DNA of 18,503 nt from Candidatus Yanofskybacteria bacterium (GTDB taxonomy: Bacteria > Patescibacteriota > Minisyncoccia > 2-02-FULL-40-12 > IGHO2-01-FULL-4-A). The stretch is taken from assembly GCA_016181055.1 (NCBI GenBank), contig JACOZZ010000056.1, forward strand, positions 1-18,503, in the 5' to 3' direction. The position numbers were made by a program, and so were the translations under genes. The notes below the pieces were generated by a model. The model saw only the letters and a program-made list of their open reading frames with translations. It was not told where the DNA came from and made no database searches. Shown here piece by piece: positions 7,538 to 15,285 of the stretch (position 1 is its first letter; every line of letters starts with the position of its first letter).

Positions 7538-9355
7538 ATGCCATTTGAACGTCCACAATCGGAGGCGAAAATTGAACGCGAGAAGGAACATTCGTTTTTT
7601 GAGCAAATCGGCAGGCCGGAACTGAAAGAAAAACTAACACCCAAAACACCCTGGGCGTATTTCACGATGGAAATATACGGGAATGGAATAAGGGGTGGCG
7701 GTGGTTTGGGAATCCTTGCGGCGGATACGTTGGAAACTATGAGAAAGCTCGAAATACCCTCGGTTTTTATAACGCCGTTTTATACAAAAGAAAGAGCGCA
7801 GGGGTTTGAGGGATTTGAACAGAGAATTAAATTTACTAGCGTCAAGCCGGAAAAACGTGGATTTAAACCAACCGGCTCATCAGTTACCGTAAGAGAGGTT
7901 GTAAACGGAAAGCCGGATTCAACGGAACTTCAGGTATACCAGAAACAAGAAGGAAGCGCTGTCTTGCTTACAATAACTGAAAAAAACTTTGGCGCGCTTT
8001 ATCAGGGCGAGAACAACAGTGACCACCGGCTTTATCAGGAAATCTCGCTTGGATTTGGCGGTTGGCAGGCAATGAGGAAGTTAGAAATGGAGCCGCCGGT
8101 TCAGCAGTTAAACGAGGCGGCTACGGTATTTTCAGCGATTGCCGCTCTTGATGAAAAAACACAAGAACTCGGCGATTTCAAACGGGCGCTTCATGAGATA
8201 AGCGAGTGCGCCATTTATACAAATCATACATTAGTCCAAGCTGCCGAGGCCAATTTCTCTATTGACCAGTTTGAGCGGTTTGTAATGCCTAATATACAAA
8301 GCGATGCCGTAAAGGTTTGGCTTCGCGAACTGTTCAACAATGATAGTATCAAGTTGAGTACCTTAGCTATAGAACTTGCCGGCAAAAAGAACGGGGTCAG
8401 TCAGATTCACGCGCGCGAATCCAGTAAAACCTACAAAGATCATCAGGGAAAAAATGTGGAATTTGAGGGAATCACCAATGGCATTGCTTTAGACCGTTGG
8501 GGGAATCCGGAGCTTCTTGCATATTATCGCGAGCAGGGCATTCTTGATGAATTTGACTTGCCATCGCCGGACTTTGAGAAAAAAATACAATCTCTGGACC
8601 TGGAAAAATTAGAAGAAATAAAAGAGCGTGCCCGCACAATCACGCGCGATGTTTTGAAAAAACACAAAAACCAATACGGCCAGTCAGTAAATATACCCCT
8701 GGAATCAAAAATATACGATTGGAAACGGAGAATAGCGGAATACAAACGGCCGGGTATGATTTTTGAACATTCTGATGAACTGGCAAAAATTCTTGAAGAA
8801 CGCGACGCATATTTGGTGATGGCGGGTGAAGCACATTCGGCCGATAAACCAATGCAGGAAGAATTGAAAAGGATATTCAAGATTATTGATGCCAACCCGA
8901 TTCTCAAAAAACGCGTGCATTTTGTTAAAAACTATAATGAGGTATTGGCCAAAACTTTGGCGCAAGGAGCTGATGTATCGCTCAATACGCCGCGCGTCAG
9001 AAACGAGAAGGGGGAGCGTATCAGCACTGAGGCCTGCGGTACCTCATGGGAAAAGGACATTCTTGGCAATACAATCTTGATTTCTACGCCTGATGGCGGG
9101 GCGGCCGACTTGGAAGTGCGCGCGGGAGGCAAGGAAACCGGAGAGACACCGCCATTTTTGGAAATAAGCGGCAAAAATTACAACGAAGAAGTCGTTTCGC
9201 TCTATGGACAAATGCGCCAAGCGGCGGATTTACTGGACGATAAAGAAAAAAAGGCGGAATATCTTAAGCGTCAGCTGGCGAGTTATCTGCCTATTATCTC
9301 CGGCGCCCGCATGGAAGAGGATTACTTAAATCTCGGCTTCCCGCCGGAAAATTAA
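7538..9355 (+). CDS. glgP: GT35 alpha-glucan (glycogen/maltodextrin) phosphorylase, short form
   Basis: Family motifs appear in order: GGGGLGILAADT, YTNHT, KNGVSQIH, ITNGI, WKRRIAEYKRP, and EACGTSWEK (the PLP-lysine segment, canonical EASGTSxMK) followed by the STPDGGA equivalent of GTxDGAN. Confidence 0.75.
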   Translation: MPFERPQSEAKIEREKEHSFFEQIGRPELKEKLTPKTPWAYFTMEIYGNGIRGGGGLGILAADTLETMRKLEIPSVFITPFYTKERAQGFEGFEQRIKFTSVKPEKRGFKPTGSSVTVREVVNGKPDSTELQVYQKQEGSAVLLTITEKNFGALYQGENNSDHRLYQEISLGFGGWQAMRKLEMEPPVQQLNEAATVFSAIAALDEKTQELGDFKRALHEISECAIYTNHTLVQAAEANFSIDQFERFVMPNIQSDAVKVWLRELFNNDSIKLSTLAIELAGKKNGVSQIHARESSKTYKDHQGKNVEFEGITNGIALDRWGNPELLAYYREQGILDEFDLPSPDFEKKIQSLDLEKLEEIKERARTITRDVLKKHKNQYGQSVNIPLESKIYDWKRRIAEYKRPGMIFEHSDELAKILEERDAYLVMAGEAHSADKPMQEELKRIFKIIDANPILKKRVHFVKNYNEVLAKTLAQGADVSLNTPRVRNEKGERISTEACGTSWEKDILGNTILISTPDGGAADLEVRAGGKETGETPPFLEISGKNYNEEVVSLYGQMRQAADLLDDKEKKAEYLKRQLASYLPIISGARMEEDYLNLGFPPEN

Positions 9356-11515
9356 ATGTTAATAAATAAAATTTATACCTGTCCGATGCATCCGGAGGTA
9401 CAGAAAACCGAGCCCGGCAAATGCCCGGGGTGCGGGATGGACCTTATTCTTAAGGAAGTTGGCGGAGGCGTAACGGACTATGATGTTTCGGAGTTGAGCC
9501 ATAGGGAGCACGAAGCGGCAATGACAAATCCGCAGATGGCTAAGAAAATGGAACAGGATATGCGCCGAAGATTTTGGGTTTCGTTTCTGCTTTCAATCCC
9601 CATTTTTCTATATTCCCCGGTCGGAATTAATTTTTTCAAGCTCAATCTTCCAACGCCAATCCCGATAAACTGGCTGCTTTTAATTTTAACGACCCCGATA
9701 GTATTTTGGACCGGCTCAATTTTTATTACGGGGACTTATTATTCGCTCAAGGCGCGCAAGCTTAATATGTCGGTTCTTATCGCTACTGGTGTTTTAGCGG
9801 CATATCTTTTCAGTATTTTGCTGACCCTAGCGCGGCCAGAGTCGGAAACATTCTACGAAGCGGCAGCTTTGTTGGTTACCTTTGTACTCTTTGGCCATTG
9901 GATGGAAATGAAATCCCGACGCGGCACATCAGACGCGCTTCGCGCGCTCTTTGACCTTGTTCCGCCGCAGGCGAAGGTTATTCGTAATGGAAAAGAAATT
10001 ACAATTCCAAGCGCCGAAATCATACACGACGATATCGTGGTTCTGCGTCCAGGCGACAAAGTTCCGGTGGATGGCGTTGCGATGGAAGGGGAGAGCGCAA
10101 TTGACGAATCGTTGGTTACAGGCGAGTCAATTCCGGTTGTTAAAAAAATAGGCGATAAAGTTATAGGCGGTTCGGTAAATCAAACGGGTACGATTAAATT
10201 TAAGGCAACCCAAGTTGGCTCGGAAACTGTGCTGGCTCACATAATCAAGCTCGTTGAAACGGCGCAAAATTCCAAAGCGCCGGGTCAGCGCATTGCCGAC
10301 AAAGCGGCAGGTTGGCTGGTGATAGTCGCGATTAGTTCGGGACTGGCAGCATTTTTTGGCTGGTATTTCGGCGCCGGGAGCGGGCTTATCGTGTCGCTTA
10401 CTTTTGCTGTTTCAACGGTGGTAATTGCCTGTCCGGACGCGCTTGGGCTTGCTACTCCTACGGCAGTCGCCGTAGGCACGGGTATTGGCGCTAAATACAA
10501 CATTCTTATAAAAGATGCGGCAACGCTTGAAAATACTTCGCGGATAAATGCCATTATTTTGGATAAAACTGGAACGCTAACCGAGGGAAAGCCGAAGGTT
10601 ACCGATGTTGTGGCGTTCAACAACTTTAGCGAACAGGAATTGCTCAAATATGAAGCCAGTCTCGAGGCCGGTTCCAATCACCCGCTTGCCAAAGCTATCC
10701 TAGAAGAGACCAAAAGACGCGATGCTCTGCCGCTTAAGCCAATGGAAAATTTTGAATCTGTCGCTGGCCGCGGGCTTAAGGCGAAAATCAGCGGCAAGAT
10801 TGTTTTAGCCGGTAATGAAAAATTGCTCCGAGACAATGGCATTGCCACCGAGCCGATGAAAGATACTCTTGACCGGCTTGCCGGCGAGGGGAAGACATTG
10901 AGCTTATTGGCAATTGATGGAATCTTTGCCGGGGTTGTTGCTGCGGCCGACCCGTCCAGAACTAATTCCAAAAAAACCGTTACCGCTCTCAAGAATCTGA
11001 ATATGGAAGTGGTAATGATTACTGGTGATCATACGAAAGTGGCGGAAGGCATCGGAAGAGAACTGGGCATTGATCGCGTGTTTGCCGAAGTGCCTCCCGA
11101 AAATAAGGCAAAATATGTCAAAAAATTGCAGGACGAGGGCAAGTTTGTGGCGATGGTGGGGGACGGCATCAACGACGCGCCGGCGATGGCCCAGGCCAAT
11201 ATCGGCATCGCCATCGGTGCCGGCACCGATGTCGCTATTGAAACCGGCAATATCGTGCTTATGAAATCTGACCCGTACGATATTGTGGCGGCGATTCGCT
11301 TAAGCAAGGCCACGGTTGTAAAAATGAAACAAAATCTTTTTTGGGCAGCAATATACAATATGCTGGCTATTCCGGTTGCCGCCGGAGCATTCTACACTTC
11401 GCTTGGTTGGTCGTTGCGTCCAGAGATCTCCGCGCTACTGATGTCGGCATCGTCAATTATCGTTGCTACTAATGCTATATTATTAAAACGGGTTGAGCCC
11501 AAGCTTAAAGTATGA
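9356..11515 (+). CDS. copA: P1B-type heavy-metal (copper-type) translocating ATPase with an N-terminal CPMHPE-type metal-binding domain
   Basis: Motifs present: TGES, DKTGTLT, ITGDH, GDGINDAP, TM5 YNMLAIP (YN-x4-P) and TM6 MSASS (MxxSS). TM4 reads CPD rather than CPC. The N-terminus is YTCPMHPEVQKTEPGKCPGCGMDL. The ATG directly abuts the TAA of the upstream gene. Confidence 0.9.
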   Translation: MLINKIYTCPMHPEVQKTEPGKCPGCGMDLILKEVGGGVTDYDVSELSHREHEAAMTNPQMAKKMEQDMRRRFWVSFLLSIPIFLYSPVGINFFKLNLPTPIPINWLLLILTTPIVFWTGSIFITGTYYSLKARKLNMSVLIATGVLAAYLFSILLTLARPESETFYEAAALLVTFVLFGHWMEMKSRRGTSDALRALFDLVPPQAKVIRNGKEITIPSAEIIHDDIVVLRPGDKVPVDGVAMEGESAIDESLVTGESIPVVKKIGDKVIGGSVNQTGTIKFKATQVGSETVLAHIIKLVETAQNSKAPGQRIADKAAGWLVIVAISSGLAAFFGWYFGAGSGLIVSLTFAVSTVVIACPDALGLATPTAVAVGTGIGAKYNILIKDAATLENTSRINAIILDKTGTLTEGKPKVTDVVAFNNFSEQELLKYEASLEAGSNHPLAKAILEETKRRDALPLKPMENFESVAGRGLKAKISGKIVLAGNEKLLRDNGIATEPMKDTLDRLAGEGKTLSLLAIDGIFAGVVAAADPSRTNSKKTVTALKNLNMEVVMITGDHTKVAEGIGRELGIDRVFAEVPPENKAKYVKKLQDEGKFVAMVGDGINDAPAMAQANIGIAIGAGTDVAIETGNIVLMKSDPYDIVAAIRLSKATVVKMKQNLFWAAIYNMLAIPVAAGAFYTSLGWSLRPEISALLMSASSIIVATNAILLKRVEPKLKV

Positions 11516-11548
11516 TGTTGATATTTATTAATTTATAGATTTAATTTC

Positions 11549-11557
11549 TGGTATAAT
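11549..11557 (+). promoter_or_regulatory. Extended -10 promoter element (TGgTATAAT)
   Basis: An exact TGnTATAAT lies in the AT-rich spacer after copA. An ATGATG begins 6 nt downstream at 11564. Confidence 0.45.
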
Positions 11558-11589
11558 AAGACTATGATGGGATACGGGGGAAACTGGGG

Positions 11590-11685
11590 CATGATGCAGG
11601 GGGCATACGGATTTGGCGTCATCACATGGCTTGTGGTGATGGTGGATCTTGTGCTTTTGGGCATTTGGCTCTGGAAACAAATTAA
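11590..11685 (+). CDS. Candidate 31-codon micro-ORF (MMQGAYGFGVITWLVVMGGSCAFGHLALETN)
   Basis: ATGATG at 11590 is preceded by GGGGGAA (11576-11582) at Shine-Dalgarno distance. It overlaps by ATGA the stop of a 9-codon leaderless ORF (11564-11593). The reading frame of the real product is uncertain (see findings). Confidence 0.25.
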   Translation, partial: HDAGGIRIWRHHMACGDGGSCAFGHLALETN

Positions 11686-11712
11686 GAAATAGGCTAAAGC
11701 GTTTCAACTAAG

Positions 11713-12183
11713 ATGATTTCGCAATTCTTAACTTATAAACCGGTACTAATAGGGTTGCATTTGGGTTTTGCGATTGTCGGTATAGACGCTTTTTTGTGGT
11801 ATTTGGGGGAACTGGCCGGCAAGTCACAGAATCACACCAGGATTAGATGGGCTTCCATAATCGGCGTAACCGGTTTTGCTTTAAGCTGGCTAGCCGGCGG
11901 ATATTATTACGTTGTTAATTATGGCAAATTAGTCAAGCCGATTATTCTTAAGGGCACGGCACCGTGGGCTCATGCCATTGCGATGGAGGCAAAAGAGCAC
12001 ATCTTTCTGTTCATAATTCCGTTAGCATTGACCGCGGTTTTTTTGACGTTTCTAGGTAAAGAAGATTTTGAGAAAAATAACTTACGCCGAGTCACAATGG
12101 TTTTAGCTGGACTAATCGCGGGTCTGGGGCTGGCGATTGGGGCGATGGGATTCATAATTTCAGCCGCCGCTAGGTGGGGCTAG
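11713..12183 (+). CDS. Four-TM membrane protein, unknown family
   Basis: The 156-aa ORF has four hydrophobic segments and a conserved-looking loop, PWAHAIAMEAKEH. I see no clear Shine-Dalgarno. Confidence 0.55.
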   Translation: MISQFLTYKPVLIGLHLGFAIVGIDAFLWYLGELAGKSQNHTRIRWASIIGVTGFALSWLAGGYYYVVNYGKLVKPIILKGTAPWAHAIAMEAKEHIFLFIIPLALTAVFLTFLGKEDFEKNNLRRVTMVLAGLIAGLGLAIGAMGFIISAAARWG

Positions 12184-12203
12184 CAACCTCGCTGGGGTTG
12201 CAA

Positions 12204-12557
12204 ATGGTGATAGAGGGCATTATTCGCCAAGTCTATAAGCAAATGAAGAACTTGAAACTAACTTTTTCATCTTCAATAGCCGCTTCACTATCAGTAATTA
12301 CAATTACTGTGATTACCATTTGGGGCGAGCTTTCGTCTCCATTTAAGGCATGGCTGGCCGGTTTTACCGGCCATCACTGGCTAACCAAAAGCGTACTGTC
12401 GCTTATAGTTTATTTCGGGGGGCTGGCTGTGTTTTATTTACTGCCAAAAAACATGGGTCCCAAGACTATTCGCAGGGGATTGATATTTTTAATTATAATT
12501 ACATTAGCCGGCTCGCTGGCGGTGTTTTTATTTTTCGTCTGGCACTATGTGGTATAG
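12204..12557 (+). CDS. Membrane protein, unknown family (start uncertain)
   Basis: The track ORF begins at GTG 12174, overlapping the upstream stop. In-frame ATGs lie at 12204 and 12243. Three hydrophobic segments and a GHHW motif are present. Confidence 0.5.
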   Translation: MVIEGIIRQVYKQMKNLKLTFSSSIAASLSVITITVITIWGELSSPFKAWLAGFTGHHWLTKSVLSLIVYFGGLAVFYLLPKNMGPKTIRRGLIFLIIITLAGSLAVFLFFVWHYVV

Positions 12558-13053
12558 AAACATACCCGTTTCATATGTTCGCAGTTTTGCTTTTGGCGTA
12601 GAGGATAGTTTGGTGTCAACTGTGGGGCTGCTTTCCGGCATTGCGATTGTGGGCATGGGATCAGCCGCCATATTCATAACCGGTATGGTGTTAATTTTTG
12701 TTGAGGCGTTCTCAATGGCCGTGGGAAGTTTTTTATCAGAACATTTAGCTGAAGATTACGCGAAGCAAGCGGAGATGCCGCTTCGGCACTCTTTGTTTAG
12801 CGGCGTGGTCATGTTTTTATCTTATTTTATTTCCGGTTTTATTCCGCTGTTTCCGTATGCTGTCATGCCCGTTGCCTCGGCTCTCTGGACTTCAATACTG
12901 CTGTCCCTTGCTGCTCTTTTTCTTCTCGGCGTCATCGGAGCAAAGATGTCGCATATTGGTATTATTAGAAACAGCTTACGGACATTAACCATTGGCGGAA
13001 TCGCTATCATTATTGGTGTCATCGTGGGCAGGACTATCAGTGTTTTAATTTAG
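12547..13053 (+). CDS. VIT1/CCC1-family (DUF125) iron/manganese transporter, short form
   Basis: The N-terminal signature FAFGVEDSLVSTVGLLSGIA corresponds to the family motif G..DGLVS...L..G.A. The helix pattern is typical. The gene overlaps the upstream gene by 11 nt. Confidence 0.7.
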   Translation: MWYRNIPVSYVRSFAFGVEDSLVSTVGLLSGIAIVGMGSAAIFITGMVLIFVEAFSMAVGSFLSEHLAEDYAKQAEMPLRHSLFSGVVMFLSYFISGFIPLFPYAVMPVASALWTSILLSLAALFLLGVIGAKMSHIGIIRNSLRTLTIGGIAIIIGVIVGRTISVLI

Positions 13054-13068
13054 ATAGGGACGGCTTTT

Positions 13069-13830
13069 ATGGACATAATCCAATTATTTATTTTGAGTAT
13101 TTTAGAGGGTTTCACGGAGTTTTTGCCTATCTCATCAACGGCCCATCTTATTTTAGCGTCCCGGTTATTTCAATTGGGTGAGTCAGAATTTTTAAAAAGT
13201 TTTATGATCGCCATTCAGTTCGGCGCGATATTGGCTGTTATTTTTCTTTATGCGCGGCGGCTGGCAAAAGATTGGGAGATCGGCAAAAAAATACTTGTGG
13301 CCTTTTAGCCGACGGCAGTGATAGGTTTTTTGCTGTATAAAATAATCAGGGGAGTTTTATTTGAAAGCCCCCTAGTAATTATTGCAGCATTGTTGATTGG
13401 TGGTGTTGCATTAATAATTTTTGAGATGCTGTTCAAGGAAAAAGAAACCCACGTTGCTGATATGAGAGATATTACTTATGCCCAGGCGTTTGCAGTCGGT
13501 TGTGCCCAGTCATTGGCGGTTATACCCGGCGTATCGCGTGCAGCGGCAACTATCATAGGTGGGATGTTCGTCGGCATAAAACGGGTGGCGATAGTTGAAT
13601 TTTCTTTTGTTTTGGCCGTTCCGACAATGGCCGCGGCGGCCGGTTATGACCTTTTTAAAAATGCGGGCGGATTTACGCCCAGCCAATTTTATTTGTTAGC
13701 GGCAGGGTTTGTTATTTCCTTTTTCGCCGCTTTGCTTGGCGTAAAATTTCTGCTTAATTTGATAAGACATCATTCATTCACGGGATTTGGAGTTTACCGG
13801 ATAGTTGTAGCTCTTATATGTTTGACTTAA
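13069..13830 (+). pseudogene. uppP: Undecaprenyl-diphosphate phosphatase (UppP/BacA) interrupted by a single in-frame TAG at 13306-13308
   Basis: The N-terminal ORF carries [15 protein letters not shown]. The C-terminal ORF carries PGVSRAAATI and EFSFVLAVP. Both are in the same frame and join as ...ILVAF*PTAVIGFLL, which is colinear with E. coli ...LLGMIPAVVLGLLF. Confidence 0.8.
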
Positions 13831-14579
13831 AAGGCAAGGTCGCGCTTGTCACTGGCGGCAGGCGGGGAATGGGTAGGGCCCATGCTTTAGCATTAGCATC
13901 GCAAGGCGCTAAAGTAGCTGTAACTGATGTTGATGCGACTGAGTGTGCTGCCGTGGTTGAGGAAATAAAATCAAAGGGCGGCGAAGCCGCATGTTTCAAG
14001 TTGGATGTTACCAGCAAGGAAGAAGTCAATCGGGTTTTTGACGGGGTAATTAAGCAGTTTGGCCGGCTGGATATTTTGGTCAACAACGCTGGCATTTTTT
14101 CACCTAAACCGGCGCTTGAACTTAGCGAAGAAGAGTGGGACAGAATGCTGGGTATTAATTTAAAAGGACAGTTTCTCTGCGCCCAGCGTGCGGCTAAAGA
14201 AATGGCAAAGAACAAGTGGGGGCGGATAATAAATATCTCATCCATAGCTTCAGGCGGGGTTGGCGTCGGGTTTGAGGGAGCAGCGCATTACGCCGCTTCA
14301 AAGGGCGGTATAATAGGAATGGGTGAAACCCTAGCTGTGGAATGGGCGCCCCTGGGAATAACTGTGAATATGGTTGCTCCGGGCGCTATTGATACCCCGA
14401 TGATTCAAGCGGCGCAGATGCCAGAAGAGGCGATGAAAGCAATGCTGGCTCAAGTTCCGCTAAAAAGAATCGGCAGGCCGGAAGAGGTATCCGCCATGGT
14501 CGTATTTTTAGCTTCAGAAGAAGCAAGCTATGTAACCGGAGCTACCTTTTACGTAGATGGCGGCTGGTTAGCTAGTTAA
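13818..14579 (+). CDS. Short-chain dehydrogenase/reductase (FabG / glucose 1-dehydrogenase-like)
   Basis: Motifs present: GKVALVTGGRRGMG (TGxxxGxG), NNAG, the catalytic Y-x3-K (YAASK), and PGAIDTP. It overlaps the uppP 3' end by 13 nt. Confidence 0.85.
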   Translation: MFDLKGKVALVTGGRRGMGRAHALALASQGAKVAVTDVDATECAAVVEEIKSKGGEAACFKLDVTSKEEVNRVFDGVIKQFGRLDILVNNAGIFSPKPALELSEEEWDRMLGINLKGQFLCAQRAAKEMAKNKWGRIINISSIASGGVGVGFEGAAHYAASKGGIIGMGETLAVEWAPLGITVNMVAPGAIDTPMIQAAQMPEEAMKAMLAQVPLKRIGRPEEVSAMVVFLASEEASYVTGATFYVDGGWLAS

Positions 14580-14595
14580 AACTTCCGCGCTTTTC

Positions 14596-14742
14596 GCCGT
14601 GAAACCCAGAAATTTTATGGGCTTATCACGGCTCAAAGCCACAAGGGTTTGTCCAATTTCTTCGTTAAGCACTCCGGTGCTCCCTCACCATACTTCTAGT
14701 ATGGCTCAGTTCGCTCCTCGTGCTTGCCTTGAACTTGGACAA
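14596..14742 (+). promoter_or_regulatory. Stem-loop-rich untranslated leader or candidate structured RNA upstream of doxX
   Basis: Four sets of pairings are visible. (1) gccgtga 14596-14602 pairs with tcacggc 14626-14632, with an inner ccca/tggg. (2) A competing ggct/agcc helix lies at 14630-14640. (3) ccatact 14688-14694 pairs with agtatgg 14698-14704. (4) Outer pairings are ttgtccaa 14649-14656 with ttggacaa 14735-14742, and aagcac 14667-14672 with gtgctt 14720-14725. Confidence 0.3.
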
Positions 14743-14764
14743 ACGCGTAAGTTCTAAAAAAACT

Positions 14765-15241
14765 ATGACAAAATTTCAAAATATTTCATTATTTATTCCC
14801 CGTATTTCAATTGGCTGGATGTTTTTTTGGGCAGGAATTACGAAGGTTCTTGACCCGACGTGGTCTGCGGCCGGATATTTGCAGGGAGCCAAAACGTTTA
14901 GCGGTTTCTACCGCTGGCTTACGACTCCCGGCCTATTGCCGCTCACTAATTTTGTTAATGAATGGGGTCTTACGCTGTTGGGCCTAGCTCTTATTCTTGG
15001 AATTTTTGTTCGATTGAGTTCGGTCTTGGGGGCAGTGCTCATGTTTCTATATTACCTTCCGATTTTGCAGTTCCCATATCCCAACGCGCATTCATTTATA
15101 GTTGACGAGCATATAATTTACATTTCAATATTATTATTTTTTGCCGCAATCCGCGCTGGCCGTGTTTGGGGACTGGAAAACTGGTGCTCGGGTTTGCCGA
15201 TTTGCTCCAAATTTCCGCGATTACGCAACTGGCTGGGATAA
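14765..15241 (+). CDS. DoxX-family membrane protein
   Basis: The N-terminus is typical of DoxX (RISIGWMFFWAGITKV) and there are four TM segments. I prefer ATG 14765 over the track's GTG 14720, which lies inside the structured leader. Confidence 0.65.
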   Translation: MTKFQNISLFIPRISIGWMFFWAGITKVLDPTWSAAGYLQGAKTFSGFYRWLTTPGLLPLTNFVNEWGLTLLGLALILGIFVRLSSVLGAVLMFLYYLPILQFPYPNAHSFIVDEHIIYISILLFFAAIRAGRVWGLENWCSGLPICSKFPRLRNWLG

Positions 15242-15255
15242 TTATATCGGCATAT

Positions 15256-15281
15256 AAAAAAAGCGCGTTAGCGCTTTTTTT
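15256..15281. terminator. Bidirectional intrinsic terminator between convergent doxX and uppS
   Basis: aaaaaaagcgc-gtta-gcgcttttttt: a GC core flanked by a 7-nt A-run and a 7-nt T-run, so it can function on both strands. Confidence 0.8.
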
Positions 15282-15285
15282 GCAG

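Noticed and set aside
9853-11358. Several minus-strand and alternate-frame ORFs inside the ATPase gene (for example 10285-10677, 10678-10992, 11029-11358, 11025-11264)
   Set aside because: All are embedded in a CDS whose P-type ATPase motifs are continuous in the annotated frame. Their Ala/Ser/Pro-rich translations are the usual antisense artefacts. The same reasoning applies to the embedded ORFs in nrdJ and in the phosphorylase gene.
13306-13308. Genome-wide reassignment of TAG as a sense codon
   Set aside because: TAG is used as an ordinary terminator by other genes in this window: 140-1279 (minus strand), 11713-12183 and 12547-13053. Each of these ends where homologues or terminators would be expected. 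I see no pyl-type genes here. The event is local to uppP.
13814-14245. 143-aa minus-strand ORF opposite the SDR gene
   Set aside because: It is fully antisense to a CDS with unmistakable SDR motifs. Its composition is low-complexity Ser/Leu/Ala-rich, and it has no promoter or RBS. It is a typical shadow ORF.
14617-14757. 46-codon ORF (MGLSRLKATRVCPISS...) inside the doxX leader
   Set aside because: It has no Shine-Dalgarno and no leaderless promoter geometry. Its composition is not protein-like. It coincides with the paired segments, which explain the sequence better.
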